Below are positions 34,846-46,252 of a stretch of DNA of 64,000 bases, one piece after another; within the stretch, counting starts at the first letter, position 1, and each line of letters starts with the position of its first letter. The notes below the pieces were generated by a model, which worked only from the letters and a program-made list of their open reading frames with translations, ran no database searches and was not told the origin of the DNA. Source of the DNA: a virus. Both the position numbers and the translations under genes were made by a program. The DNA lies in IMG/VR virus record IMGVR_UViG_3300035145_002886; one strand, 5' to 3'.

Positions 34846-37800
34846 TTAGATACTAAGTTGAGCAGCTTTGATAGAATTCTTGTTAGATCCAGCAGACTTA
34901 TACTTCGCAAATACTTCTAAGTCAAATGAGAATTGTTCGCTATCAGAATCAAAGATATCGATACCAATTCTCTTAGCATATGTAAGGTTAGTTATGTTAG
35001 TACCAAGTTGACCTCCAACTCGACCAATATCAGATGCAGGGTTGTCTCCTGCATAATCAGTCATTCTGTATTGGAATACAACGTCGATTGAAACTGCATT
35101 TGCCTCTCCAGTAGTTACATATTTTTTACCAAACTTATTATCACCATCAACTAATAACGAATCGGTGTTTGTTGGTGAAAGGAATAGGTAAGATCCACAA
35201 GATCTACCTCCAAGTAGGTATTGGTCATTTGCATCAAACGACATTTTCAACGTTCTAGTATCTACTCCATTTGGAAGAAGAGAGCTTCTATATCCTAGCT
35301 GCTTTTTACCATCTGTCGCCTCTCCATCGTATGTTGATAGAATAGACATTGTGTATAGTGCATTATTATTTATTGCTGCGATTGCTGTGTTCATCTCTGT
35401 AGCAGTCATTGCTGAAGCTGTGGCAGCAGAGGCAGCGTATGAATCATATAGGTTTGCTAGATCTGGATGATCCTTGTGTAAGAAAATACCACTATCATAA
35501 GCGGTTGTTCCAACACCTGCACCAGATCCTACTGAAACAACATCTACAACCGAATCACCGAATGATACTGAAAGATCATATGTAGTTCCAGCTGGGTTTA
35601 ATCCATTTGCTGTCGCAATTCCAAATGAACCAGCCCATAAGAAGTTAGAAGTTGTAGCGTCTTCAGTTAGGTTAGTTGATGCTACAGAATATGATGTTCC
35701 ATATTCATAATCAAATATCGTTCCAAGAGTATCAAGAGGAGTTACAGTATAAAGTTCTCTGTCGTTTGCTATGTCCGCGAATCTAGAGTAGACAAACTGT
35801 CCTCTTCTTTGTGAAGACTGGTAAGGAGCTGAATAATTATATGTAGATCCTTCATAGGTTAATGAGTCTTCACCTTGAGATAAATTCTGGTATTGTATTG
35901 GTACTAAATCATATTTACCTTCAGTAGTATAGTAAGTATCATCGATCACTTTACTATTAATTGACGCATTAACGTCTGGGTTAATACCAAACCCGTTAGT
36001 TACAGCATCTGAAGCACTTGAAGAAGATCTGTACGCTGGTAAATCTCTATCACCAACAATTCTTGCGATTAATTCAAGTTGAGTTGCGTTTGTGTTTTCA
36101 AGAAGAAGCTTAAATGTTTTTGTTACAATATGTCCCTTCTTAACTGTTAGATCAGCAACCTCTTCACTGTAATATCCAGCAAATATCTTATTATTTGTGT
36201 TCTTATTAATATTAGTTACCGTTCCCTCTTCACTTACAAGCTTAACTGAAAGCTCTCCTTTAATTCCAGAAATAGTTTCTTGTAGAGAATTAACCTCGTT
36301 TTGAAGAGCAGTTAATTTATCGAATAAAGAAATTGGCGTTTGTTCCGGCGACAAGAATCCTGATGCAATCGTCGTAGCAGTGTGCGCGAAATATTTTTCA
36401 TTTGCGATAAATGAGTCATCGACGTGTGAATAAACTCCTTTTGATTCAAGGTCTTCATTTACCCTTACAATCGCAGATTCTGTCTCATTCTCAGCAACAA
36501 GTGTTGAAATATCTGCAGTATCAAGAGTTCCTTCTGGGAAAGATACTCTAACAACATCACTCCAGTCTGATGTAATTGGGTTTGCAGGGAAACCAGCTTC
36601 AGAGACTGATTTAACTCTAATTTCAACAAGCTCTCCCTTTTGAATTGGAATGTCTAATTGGTTAAAGTTAACCTCTTGTCCATCCTCTACTGAAGTTTCT
36701 CCCCAGTAATATTTACCAGTCGTGGCATCTTTAACTCTTGATCTTACACCTGATTTAATTTCATTCCAGTTTGAGAAAACTCCAGTCCTCTCAGTAGAAC
36801 CATCATTAAATTTAAGCTGAGCAGCCTTTGAAGTTTTTCCACTTGCTGAAAGATATCGATATTGTATAACAAACTGAACAACTTCTTGTGGAATTGTTTC
36901 AGCAACAATCTTTGGTTCTGGAACCGACCAGAATCCTCTAATTCTAAACTTAGGTTCAATCTTAGTTATTTGCTGGTCACTTGCAACCGTTTTAATTTGG
37001 TTAACAATTGATCCATATAATTTTGACTCAGAAGATCTCGTATCAATTAAAGACTTAAGCTCGTTTCTATCTCTATCTCTTTCAATTAGAGACATATACT
37101 TCTTCGTTGAAACAGTTGATCTTTTCTTAACGATAGTATCGTCAAGGTTTTTAAGAGCCTCTTGAACGTTAATCTTATCAATGTTCAACCTCTTTACTTT
37201 TACTGCCGCATCGTTTTGTGTTAAGTGCTCATTGATTTGAACTACTTGGAAGTTTTCAGCTTCAATTGCTGGAGCGTTTGGAGTTTTACCAAGCGTTGCA
37301 GGAGGAATAGCATCTTCTTTTAGCGCTTTAATAAATTGACCAAAGTCAGCTACTTCGTCTTTATAATATTCGCCAAGTGTCTTTTTAACACCACTTTCTA
37401 ATATAGTTGTTAAGTCATTCGAGTAGATTCCAACACCAGCTGACCAATTTTCAGAAAGTATATTAGAATCTGGATCGATAGCTTTAATAAAGATAATCAT
37501 GCTTTCATCGAAACCGACGTTGATTTCTACTTCAGTCTTGATTTCGTTAGCCTTGTAAATTCTAAGAACATCTGTTCCAATTCTAATAGCCTCATACCCC
37601 TGTACAAGTTCAAGTGCAACTTGTCGGGTTGAGTTGATAATGTTCTTAATTCTGTACTTTGTACTCTTTTTACCACTGTTTACAATTAGCTCATCACCAG
37701 TTCTTAGAAGCTCAGTATTATTTAGATCTTTTTCAGAATCAGTGTATGTTAATTGATCGAGCGTATATAATTTTACATCTTTAGTAACTTCTTGTCCTTC

Positions 37801-38478
37801 TTTAATAACAGAACTCTGAACATTATCGATTGAAGTGACATCAAACGTTCCATAGTATTGTGTACTCTTATATGGAAGATCTCTTATTTGCTCATCTTCA
37901 AAGAATGGAATATTGTTTGATGAAAGATCAGAAATAAACGATGAATATCCGATGTCTTCTGCCTCTTTGTATGGTTCGAACCATTCTTTTGCAAATTCAA
38001 AAGACGTATCGATGATATACCTCTTAATCAAAACTCTCTCAGTGTCTGAACTGATTTGCCCACTAACATCAAATTTAGTAGTTAGTAGTGGGTTTAAGAA
38101 GTCTTCAAAGAAATAGTTAGATTTAATTCCAAACTCTGATGGACTAACTAATTCTGCAATATCGTTTGCTGGAGACTTAAGAGTTCCAGTATAGATTCTT
38201 TGGTAAGTTCCATCCGGTAATTTTACCTTTGAAGTTGAATCGCCTAAATCAGTTAGAGCCCTGACATTTTGATCAAGTCTCTCTAACTCTCTTTTCATAT
38301 AACCAAACGCAGGAACATAAACAGTCTTCGTGGTTCCGTCACTTGCTAGCAATTCCAATGGAATGGTTTGCTTTTCAGTTGTAACGGCCTCGTTTATTCT
38401 TTCAAATGTCTTTAAAGAATTTACGTTAATTTCAAGCAATTGCTTGATAACTGAGGATATAGAGTTATTTGTGTTCAT
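34846..38478 (-). CDS. Putative baseplate/tail structural protein (1210 aa)
   Basis: Long ORF with coiled-coil segments in the structural block; family not recognised. Confidence 0.5.
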   Translation of the reverse strand: MNTNNSISSVIKQLLEINVNSLKTFERINEAVTTEKQTIPLELLASDGTTKTVYVPAFGYMKRELERLDQNVRALTDLGDSTSKVKLPDGTYQRIYTGTLKSPANDIAELVSPSEFGIKSNYFFEDFLNPLLTTKFDVSGQISSDTERVLIKRYIIDTSFEFAKEWFEPYKEAEDIGYSSFISDLSSNNIPFFEDEQIRDLPYKSTQYYGTFDVTSIDNVQSSVIKEGQEVTKDVKLYTLDQLTYTDSEKDLNNTELLRTGDELIVNSGKKSTKYRIKNIINSTRQVALELVQGYEAIRIGTDVLRIYKANEIKTEVEINVGFDESMIIFIKAIDPDSNILSENWSAGVGIYSNDLTTILESGVKKTLGEYYKDEVADFGQFIKALKEDAIPPATLGKTPNAPAIEAENFQVVQINEHLTQNDAAVKVKRLNIDKINVQEALKNLDDTIVKKRSTVSTKKYMSLIERDRDRNELKSLIDTRSSESKLYGSIVNQIKTVASDQQITKIEPKFRIRGFWSVPEPKIVAETIPQEVVQFVIQYRYLSASGKTSKAAQLKFNDGSTERTGVFSNWNEIKSGVRSRVKDATTGKYYWGETSVEDGQEVNFNQLDIPIQKGELVEIRVKSVSEAGFPANPITSDWSDVVRVSFPEGTLDTADISTLVAENETESAIVRVNEDLESKGVYSHVDDSFIANEKYFAHTATTIASGFLSPEQTPISLFDKLTALQNEVNSLQETISGIKGELSVKLVSEEGTVTNINKNTNNKIFAGYYSEEVADLTVKKGHIVTKTFKLLLENTNATQLELIARIVGDRDLPAYRSSSSASDAVTNGFGINPDVNASINSKVIDDTYYTTEGKYDLVPIQYQNLSQGEDSLTYEGSTYNYSAPYQSSQRRGQFVYSRFADIANDRELYTVTPLDTLGTIFDYEYGTSYSVASTNLTEDATTSNFLWAGSFGIATANGLNPAGTTYDLSVSFGDSVVDVVSVGSGAGVGTTAYDSGIFLHKDHPDLANLYDSYAASAATASAMTATEMNTAIAAINNNALYTMSILSTYDGEATDGKKQLGYRSSLLPNGVDTRTLKMSFDANDQYLLGGRSCGSYLFLSPTNTDSLLVDGDNKFGKKYVTTGEANAVSIDVVFQYRMTDYAGDNPASDIGRVGGQLGTNITNLTYAKRIGIDIFDSDSEQFSFDLEVFAKYKSAGSNKNSIKAAQLSI

Positions 38479-38479
38479 A

Positions 38480-40426
38480 TTATCTTATGATGTCTACTTC
38501 AAATTCGTAAGTTACTGGATCGATACAGATAACTTCGATATATGGTTTATTTGTTATCAATTCTGCCGGTATAATATCAGTGATAGTTACGTCAAATCCA
38601 CCAGAAGTTCTAGTGTAGATTTTAATATTATTACCATCAATATTAATCGTCTCGAACGATATTTTAACGATTTGACCTTCTTTCCAGCCATTGGTCGAGT
38701 CGTCTATGTATATATTGAGATCATCGCTTGCATTGCTCGTAGAAAACTTGTTGATAAAGCTAATTCTATTTGTAAATGGCTTAAGCTTACACCATATTCC
38801 AAATTGACTTAGGCCAGAGTTTGGGTCTTCTATATCAAATTGACTACTTGTTGTAATTGCATCTGAAACCGAGTTATTTCCAAGATCCCACTTGAACAGG
38901 TTAAGATTCTCATAACCTTTAACCGTGCTATTTACTTTAATTTTATTCTCTACTGTTTTATCTATCTGCGTTCCAGTACCGTTGAATAAAACATCTGTGT
39001 TGTATTGTAATTCTACTGGAATAGTTCCATCAATAAGAGAGTTAAGTTTATCGTGTGCTTTTGTAATTAACTTAAGCAAAGAATCAGAATCCTCTAATTG
39101 AGTTGATGTATTTAGGAAGTCTGCTTCTAGTTGAGCAATTCTAGCCTCTAAGTCTTCAGCACTTTCTGAAGCCAAGACAAGTTTTTCCATATCATCAAGT
39201 CTACTTGAGATTGAACCATATCTTTCATTTGCTCTAATCAACAATTCAGCAGCGTTCTCAAGCAATGTTGTAGTGTCCATGAAAAGATCCATCGAAAACG
39301 TCGTAAAGTCATTTACGTTTGTCTCAACGCCAACATTATCAAGAGAAGTGTTAAATTTAATATTTAATTTTAATGAATATGCGTTACCATTTAAACCAGT
39401 AACTTCATTTGGCTTATATTTAATTTGCTCGTGAATTCTTGATCCAATTCCTCCTAAATCCTTAACATCGTCAAGAATCAATATTCCATATAGATTGGTT
39501 GACCTGTTTGCTGGAACTGAAGAACTATATAAATCATAGTAAACTAGGACTGCATTAAATTTAAAGTCCTGTCCCTTCTTTGAGAAGTCATTAAAGTTCT
39601 TTACAGTAGAATCACTTGTAATCGCATAGTATGACTGTTCGCTCCAGTCAATTCCGACAGAATTTGTTCCATTTGTATTAATGTCATAATAAGGACCTGT
39701 TGCAGAATCATATGCATCAACTACCGGGCTCAGGTCTAAGTTTGAATCAGGGTGTGTTTGCCCATCTCTTCCCTCAATAAACTGAGGATCGGCATATAAT
39801 TTAGTCGCTGTAGTATTGAAGTTTCCAGGTTCAAAAAGAACAGTTGGTGTAGAACCAGCCGAAGATGGAACATTAATATAAACTTCATGATACGCATTTC
39901 CTTTATATGCAATATCGTTTTCAGCGTCAATCGTACCTAAGTACTTTACAATTCGATCATATATTTGACCTGTTTGTGTAGAATTCGGGTCTTCAGAATA
40001 ATTTCCAACGTTACTCTCTGTTGTATCTGCTCCTCTAAATCTAATTGAACCCGTAGAGCTTAACCACTTAAAGAATAATTTTTCAGCATCCGACTTATAT
40101 AATACTGGATCGAAATCATCGTCTTGTAAGATCAATTCCTCTGCGTTCAACACATAGTTTTGGAAAGTATTTGCAAAGTCTACTCCTGGTCCATTTTGCG
40201 ATGGCAGATAACTTGCACCTGAAGTATCTTTTAAGAGTGAATAGTCGATCGTATTTGAGTTATTGACAGATGTCGTAAAGTCAGGCAAATCCAATAGGGC
40301 ATACCTGCTAAACTCAAATTTAAGGTCTGAGTTATTAAAAGCTCTTGTGATGTCTCTCGCTGCTGAAGCGAAAGCATACATTGTCCCACCTTGGGGTTGT
40401 GGTATTCTAACTAATGGTGTAGCCAT
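38480..40426 (-). CDS. Putative structural protein (648 aa)
   Basis: Context only; central coiled coil (LLENAAELLIRANERY...LEARIAQLEADF). Confidence 0.5.
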   Translation of the reverse strand: MATPLVRIPQPQGGTMYAFASAARDITRAFNNSDLKFEFSRYALLDLPDFTTSVNNSNTIDYSLLKDTSGASYLPSQNGPGVDFANTFQNYVLNAEELILQDDDFDPVLYKSDAEKLFFKWLSSTGSIRFRGADTTESNVGNYSEDPNSTQTGQIYDRIVKYLGTIDAENDIAYKGNAYHEVYINVPSSAGSTPTVLFEPGNFNTTATKLYADPQFIEGRDGQTHPDSNLDLSPVVDAYDSATGPYYDINTNGTNSVGIDWSEQSYYAITSDSTVKNFNDFSKKGQDFKFNAVLVYYDLYSSSVPANRSTNLYGILILDDVKDLGGIGSRIHEQIKYKPNEVTGLNGNAYSLKLNIKFNTSLDNVGVETNVNDFTTFSMDLFMDTTTLLENAAELLIRANERYGSISSRLDDMEKLVLASESAEDLEARIAQLEADFLNTSTQLEDSDSLLKLITKAHDKLNSLIDGTIPVELQYNTDVLFNGTGTQIDKTVENKIKVNSTVKGYENLNLFKWDLGNNSVSDAITTSSQFDIEDPNSGLSQFGIWCKLKPFTNRISFINKFSTSNASDDLNIYIDDSTNGWKEGQIVKISFETINIDGNNIKIYTRTSGGFDVTITDIIPAELITNKPYIEVICIDPVTYEFEVDIIR

Positions 40427-40442
40427 TTATTCTTTAAATTAT

Positions 40443-41033
40443 TTATGACCAAGTAATATCGTGCGAAGCAACGATGTACCAGGTATTTGTTCCACTGAAG
40501 TATTTTAAGGTTACTGAAGAATTAACGTTATCAAGTACTAAACTTGTAGCGCCTAATGTTCCAGCACCTGAAACAACTTCAACTCCACTTGCGTTTGTGC
40601 TCATAACAAGGACCTCTTGACCATCAACTCCAGTTGGTAATTGAATAGTTGCAGCGTTAGCGAAGAACGTGCTAATCGACGAAAAATCAGGAGTTCCTGA
40701 TGCAGATCCATTTCCTGAACCCGGAGCACCTTGCTTTCCAGACTTAATCACTGCTTTCGCCGCGTTTATTGATTGCCCGAAGCTAGCATCAACGCTAAAT
40801 GCCGCGGTAGTTGCATCTACCTGTAAAATTGCGGTGTTAACGTTATTAACAATTGTTGAAAGTGTTAATTGTTGCGCAGAAATGCTATCGATTCCAGTAA
40901 TTGTTGAGGTTACTGGATCAATAAGCGCTGTAATATCAGCGATCTCGTTGTTTAATGCCGTAAAATTACTGTTAATTGTTGGTCTAGAGCCAGATAATGA
41001 ATCAGTTCCTAGAATTTCTGTAATGTTTGCCAT
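40443..41033 (-). CDS. Short fibre/baseplate-associated protein
   Basis: N-terminal ITEILGTDS...INSNFTALN resembles the fibre N-terminus at 27118; C-terminal SVTLKY...TWYIV. Confidence 0.55.
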   Translation of the reverse strand: MANITEILGTDSLSGSRPTINSNFTALNNEIADITALIDPVTSTITGIDSISAQQLTLSTIVNNVNTAILQVDATTAAFSVDASFGQSINAAKAVIKSGKQGAPGSGNGSASGTPDFSSISTFFANAATIQLPTGVDGQEVLVMSTNASGVEVVSGAGTLGATSLVLDNVNSSVTLKYFSGTNTWYIVASHDITWS

Positions 41034-41046
41034 CTTTTTATTTTAT

Positions 41047-43782
41047 TTAGTTTACTTTTAACATATTTCTATGTATTGAGTTAGTATTACCATTCGAATC
41101 TTCAACCTCCAACGAAATTGTGTACTCGCCAGGGTGTCTGAATAGATATGTTAACACTATATCACCATAATATATATCACTTTTATCTGGTGCAGTATTA
41201 TTAGTTATTGTCCATTTGTTTAATTTCATTCCCGGCATCTTAGAGAATTCAGGGCAGAATGTAACATGCGTTGACCTATTAACGCTTCTCCAGTCGCTAT
41301 AGATTTCAGTATCGTCAAAGGTTGGATTGTATGCTCTTCCATGATATTCGCCATCGGTTGTTCCATTAGTAAGAGTTACTGAATCATAGTCAAATGTTCT
41401 AGAATAACCCTTTCCAACAACTAAAATATAGATGAAAGTTTCAGTTCCATTTATATCTTCGAATACTGGGTTAAAATTAAATTTAGAGATGATAGGATCT
41501 GTAGAAGCGTTGAGTTCATCAGCAAGTGTTTGCCAACCAGCAATATCGACGTTTGATGTTGGGGTTGCAACTGTTACCTCAACACTACCTGTCTCTACCT
41601 CATTTGTTGAAGGGTTTGTGTGAGTTATCTCAAGCACTGAACCATTCTGTATTGTTTGAATAATAAACGATGAGGTTGTATCAGATCCGACTCTAGTAGC
41701 GTCCCACCAAAGATCTTCTGTCCATCTCCAATCAAAATCACTGTTATCCCAAGAGTATGGACCTGCAGTTTCGCTAAACCCATCTTCAGAGAAAATGTCT
41801 TCATACCTTGAAACTGTTGAGAAGTTTATATCTTCCGGTGAAGTTGCATCATGTACATAATTTGCTCTATCAAGCCCTAAATACCAACTAGCATTAATTT
41901 CATCTAGTATGTTTTCATTTTGATATGGAGCATCCCAATATCCCCCAGCCTGTTCGAATTTAACCTCTTTTTTATCATTCCAAGTGTTTTTACCTCTTCT
42001 TTTATAAAACGCATATAGCTCAACATCTTTAAGATAGACATCAAGCATATCCTTTTTAAAGTCGTATGATCTGTGTCCAAACAGGTCATATGTTCTCATT
42101 TCAACGCTATAGGCTCCTTCGTATGGTAAAAATAACGGGAATCTTAAATAGTCATCGATCGGTCCTCTGAAAGAATGTTCCCATCCATTAGGACCTGTAA
42201 CGATCCACTCAATTTCATACACCCATCTTTTCCACCAATTATCCCAAGTTACTTGAGGATCGATTGAATCATTCCAATTGAATTGAGCTGAGTCCCATGT
42301 GTAGTCAAATGTCTTTTGTCCATCAAGAATTACTGGACATCCTACAGGAACTTGAGTACTATTTGAAATAGAATAATTGAACGTATCTAATGGTTGATCG
42401 TAATAAGTCTGGTAAAACAGGGTGAACGCCTCTCTAAGATCTGACAATTGTTGAGAACTAAGTGTGTCATAGTTTTCAAATGCAGTATTCAAGATTGCTT
42501 GAGTATCGGCGTATCCAGTTCCAGTGGTATCACTTGGATCGTAAACCTTCTTTAATATTAAAGCAACATCTTCCACAAAAAGTTTTCTTTCAATTGGAAA
42601 GTGTTCATATTTAATATCAATCCCTTCAGTTACAAATGTAATCGGGTTTTGGTTGTTCCAGATATTTTGATTTTTTTGCGCAAAGAAGTCTGCCTCTCCG
42701 GTAATATCGATGATTTTAGCGTTTAGGGGAAGATATTCTTTGTGTAGTTTTCTCTTTAAGCCATATAATTTAATCAATACTTCTTCCGGCGTAAAATCAA
42801 AAACTTCATCTACTTTTGGAATATCCCACTCATCAACTTCACCGTTCGGCACGTTAATTTTATAGACAAGACTAAAACGACTTGTCTTTTTAAGATTGCT
42901 TGATGGAAGATCAATATCAAGTTTCTTTCTAACAGCCTCTCCATACTTACTTGAGTTTGCAACTGGAACCGCCTTTAATTTACCGAAAGAACTACTACCA
43001 GTATTAATATTCAACCAATACTCTTTTAAGGTTAAATTGTTATACCCAAAGAAGTCAATTGCATTTAAAACGGCCTTATAGGTTCCAATAAATGGTTTGA
43101 TGTTCGAAAGTTCTAATAAGAGCTCTCTTCTTTTTTGATTTAATAAGATCTGATCAGGAGCCATCTCAGTAATATCATGCTCCTTAAACAGGATAAAATC
43201 ACCATCATCAAGAGTTGCCCCAAAGTTTTGAAGTAATATCTTTAATCTCTCATCTTCACCTACAACCTCACCGTAGATGAAAATTCTTGCGATAAGTATT
43301 CTAACACTTCCATTATTTTCATAAACCAGAAGTGTTCTTTGGTGCCTTCCCTCTTCTTCAGAACTTAGTGCAACATTAATTTGAATAGCCTCATTATCTA
43401 CACCAGCTACTTGATTTAACCCGTCTGAGTTTTGTCCAATTGCTGTAGTAGAATCAAGGATCGAAGCCTCTTTCTCTCCGTCTGTAATCTTTAATACACC
43501 ATCCTGTAGACTTGCTCCATATAGATTAATGTCTTCTGATTCGTAAATATTTTCACTCCAGACATATTCAAATTTAGAAGTGCCTGTTGAAATTGCGATT
43601 GGTTTATTAAGATACACATCACCATTAAGTTCAACCTCCTCCATGATAAAGATATTTACCGACTCATATAGGCCGGTAGAAACCTCATCTAAAAAGATCG
43701 AAGCTTCCCAAACACCATCTCCATTTTGAATAGCATTTAAGTTGTACTCAGTACCTTTGAATATTTTAAGGTTATTGTGCAT
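41047..43782 (-). CDS. Putative baseplate wedge protein (911 aa)
   Basis: Directly downstream of the gp25-gp6 genes; IKPFIGTYKAVLNAIDFFGY resembles the gp7/tail-I-type GT..A...F segment; Trp-rich repeats and a PKD-like C-terminus. Confidence 0.45.
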   Translation of the reverse strand: MHNNLKIFKGTEYNLNAIQNGDGVWEASIFLDEVSTGLYESVNIFIMEEVELNGDVYLNKPIAISTGTSKFEYVWSENIYESEDINLYGASLQDGVLKITDGEKEASILDSTTAIGQNSDGLNQVAGVDNEAIQINVALSSEEEGRHQRTLLVYENNGSVRILIARIFIYGEVVGEDERLKILLQNFGATLDDGDFILFKEHDITEMAPDQILLNQKRRELLLELSNIKPFIGTYKAVLNAIDFFGYNNLTLKEYWLNINTGSSSFGKLKAVPVANSSKYGEAVRKKLDIDLPSSNLKKTSRFSLVYKINVPNGEVDEWDIPKVDEVFDFTPEEVLIKLYGLKRKLHKEYLPLNAKIIDITGEADFFAQKNQNIWNNQNPITFVTEGIDIKYEHFPIERKLFVEDVALILKKVYDPSDTTGTGYADTQAILNTAFENYDTLSSQQLSDLREAFTLFYQTYYDQPLDTFNYSISNSTQVPVGCPVILDGQKTFDYTWDSAQFNWNDSIDPQVTWDNWWKRWVYEIEWIVTGPNGWEHSFRGPIDDYLRFPLFLPYEGAYSVEMRTYDLFGHRSYDFKKDMLDVYLKDVELYAFYKRRGKNTWNDKKEVKFEQAGGYWDAPYQNENILDEINASWYLGLDRANYVHDATSPEDINFSTVSRYEDIFSEDGFSETAGPYSWDNSDFDWRWTEDLWWDATRVGSDTTSSFIIQTIQNGSVLEITHTNPSTNEVETGSVEVTVATPTSNVDIAGWQTLADELNASTDPIISKFNFNPVFEDINGTETFIYILVVGKGYSRTFDYDSVTLTNGTTDGEYHGRAYNPTFDDTEIYSDWRSVNRSTHVTFCPEFSKMPGMKLNKWTITNNTAPDKSDIYYGDIVLTYLFRHPGEYTISLEVEDSNGNTNSIHRNMLKVN

Positions 43783-44054
43783 TATTTAACGTTTGTGTTA
43801 TCTTTTTTAACCGTAAAGTTTTTCCACTGCTGTAACTTCTTTACTGAGTTAACAATCTCGTTTAAATAATCATTGATAAAAGAGATAAAATCACTCATTG
43901 TTTGATTTCTTAAAATATGCCCTGAAAGGTTTCTCTGCATCAGGCTCTCAGAATAGTCGAATCCTTGGTTTTTCAAGTTATTCTTTCTAGTCTTTGCTCC
44001 TGAATAGAGATTCTTAAGTTTATATTTTAATAAGTCTTTGTATAAAGATTCCAT
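43782..44054 (-). CDS. Hypothetical protein in the baseplate operon
   Basis: 90-aa ORF with coupled start/stop junctions on both sides. Confidence 0.55.
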   Translation of the reverse strand: MESLYKDLLKYKLKNLYSGAKTRKNNLKNQGFDYSESLMQRNLSGHILRNQTMSDFISFINDYLNEIVNSVKKLQQWKNFTVKKDNTNVK

Positions 44055-45880
44055 TATAGTGCTTTTCTTGTTCCTGCCTGTAATCTAGTGTAAACTGTTC
44101 TAGGTACTGGCGTTTCGTCAAATGTTACAGAAAGACTTGCCTCCTCATTAATTTTAGGAGTGTCTTCAATTAGGTCACCGTCACGGTCTAACCAACCGCC
44201 TCTAAATACTGCAACCTCTTCTTTTTCCATAATGATGTCTCCCCATTGGTCTAGTCCCGCAATATCATAAGGAATTGAATCATTTGGACCAATATTAACC
44301 TTCTTTACATCGTCGATTTTCTTAAAGAATACGTACTTTTGTTTTCCGTTTCCAATATCTTCAAGAGTTACTGGTTCCTGAGCCGCAATTGTTGTTGTAA
44401 CTGACTCATAATAACCAAGTCTTCTTGCCGTCTCTTCGGTTTCACTTCTAAACTGAACGTTTACTGCATCTACTCCTTCAACCTCTTCCAAGATGTAGAT
44501 AATATCACTCTTAGGTAATTTGTCTCTTCTTGTAACGTTTAACATATAGTTCGACACTGCATTTCTAATGTCGTTGAAGATGTCCTCCTTATTAAAGCCC
44601 TCAAAGTATCTGACTGAAATATCGACGGCATATTTACGGATCTTTGGTCTTACAAATTGAACCTCACTAGTTACCATCATTTGACCACTCTCCTGTAAAA
44701 CCTCATACATTTTATCATATTCTAGTTGGTCAAAGAACATTTCCTGTTGAGGAATTGAGAAGTAGTCTTGGTTCTTTGATAACTTTTTATTAATGTCTGG
44801 AATTGCGAAGATATAAATAACGTTATCATCATCGATATATCCATCTTCGCTTGTATTGTATGCATCAATATATGAGAAGATTCCATATCTTGATAGGAAA
44901 TATTCATAATTATCTGGAGTTGCAAGAACAAATGACTTACTTGCAAATGGAGCAATCATCTTAGTAAATTCAGTAGATTCAGGTTCTGATCCCATTTTTG
45001 GAGCAGAAGTAACTTCAACTTGCAATAACTCATTTAAGTCATAGAAGTTTCCAGCGCTATCTTGACCTTCATCAACCCACTTAATTTTTAAGTCTTCTGC
45101 GTCTTCAATATTCCCTTTTGCTCCTTCATGTATAATATACTCAACTTCAATTGTTGATCCAAGAGGAGGAATCGATCCAAAATTATTTGTTCCGAAGTAG
45201 ATGTCAAGTCCACCGCTAATACCGGTTTTTACAATGAATCCTTTGTCTCCGGCATTCATCTCATAGATTGAATTAAATTTAGACCACTGCTCACCATTAA
45301 CTGAAACTTTAACCAAATTGTGATCAGTTTTTCCAGTCTGTATATTATATGTCTGGAAACTTTCACCATCCCCTGTAAGAGTTTGCGTCTCTACTTTACC
45401 CTGTACAATAACTGCTTTAATCTTCTCTACTTGAGATTTTGGAATTCTAAATAAGTCTCTTGAAGTTCTCACCATATATGAAAGACCGTTTGCCTCAAGT
45501 TTAAATTCAGCATTAGCAGGAATAGAAATACCGTCTCCTGCAATTTTGATAAAATCACCAGACTCTGTTTTTAATCTAATTGATATTTCTCCAGTTGCGG
45601 CAAATCCTCTAGTTGGATCGTGTCCTGTAAGTCTTGCCAAACCATAAATAGATTCAGGCTGCTGAGCAGTATAAATGTTTTGTTCTACTGTCGAGTCTTC
45701 AACATAGAACAGAATAAGTTCTCCAAGTTCAGAAAGTACTCTTAAGATCTGAGCAAATGGAGAAGCATTAGTAAACAGGGTGTTTGACCTTTCGTAAAGC
45801 CTAGAAATATAGGTTCGAGTGTCCTCGAATATCTGTTGAGCAGTTGCTCTTGTTTTTGTTAAGAATTTTAATTCAGCCAT
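44054..45880 (-). CDS. Baseplate wedge protein (T4 gp6 / baseplate-J-like)
   Basis: FAQILRVL...AQQPESIYGLARLTGHDPTRGFAATG, LATPDNYEYFL; follows gp25. Confidence 0.75.
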   Translation of the reverse strand: MAELKFLTKTRATAQQIFEDTRTYISRLYERSNTLFTNASPFAQILRVLSELGELILFYVEDSTVEQNIYTAQQPESIYGLARLTGHDPTRGFAATGEISIRLKTESGDFIKIAGDGISIPANAEFKLEANGLSYMVRTSRDLFRIPKSQVEKIKAVIVQGKVETQTLTGDGESFQTYNIQTGKTDHNLVKVSVNGEQWSKFNSIYEMNAGDKGFIVKTGISGGLDIYFGTNNFGSIPPLGSTIEVEYIIHEGAKGNIEDAEDLKIKWVDEGQDSAGNFYDLNELLQVEVTSAPKMGSEPESTEFTKMIAPFASKSFVLATPDNYEYFLSRYGIFSYIDAYNTSEDGYIDDDNVIYIFAIPDINKKLSKNQDYFSIPQQEMFFDQLEYDKMYEVLQESGQMMVTSEVQFVRPKIRKYAVDISVRYFEGFNKEDIFNDIRNAVSNYMLNVTRRDKLPKSDIIYILEEVEGVDAVNVQFRSETEETARRLGYYESVTTTIAAQEPVTLEDIGNGKQKYVFFKKIDDVKKVNIGPNDSIPYDIAGLDQWGDIIMEKEEVAVFRGGWLDRDGDLIEDTPKINEEASLSVTFDETPVPRTVYTRLQAGTRKAL

Positions 45881-45898
45881 CTATCTGGTTTCAATTTT

Positions 45899-46252
45899 TT
45901 AAGCAGCTACTGAGACCACAAATGTGTTATCAATAGTAATATCTATATATGCCTCGTCTCTAACTTCACCTCTAACGAAAGCAATGTCAACCTCTACTCC
46001 GTATTTTCCAGCAAGCGGACAATACTTTGAGATTTGTCTTGTTATCTCACTCTTTATTGTAAATTCATTGGCATTTAATGAGTATAAAAGATCGTTAAGA
46101 CTACAACCAAACTCAACATCGCCCAATACTTCTCCCTTATTGGTAAAAAGTATCGTCTCGATCTGTGTAATCAATTTCTGAACTTCATCATTTGTTTGAA
46201 GTTCAGTTGATCGATAATTAGGATCTCCTACGGTCTTTATATACAATTCCAT
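45899..46252 (-). CDS. Baseplate wedge subunit (gp25/GPW-like)
   Basis: IETILFTNKGEVLGDVEFGCSLNDLLY signature. Confidence 0.85.
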   Translation of the reverse strand: MELYIKTVGDPNYRSTELQTNDEVQKLITQIETILFTNKGEVLGDVEFGCSLNDLLYSLNANEFTIKSEITRQISKYCPLAGKYGVEVDIAFVRGEVRDEAYIDITIDNTFVVSVAA

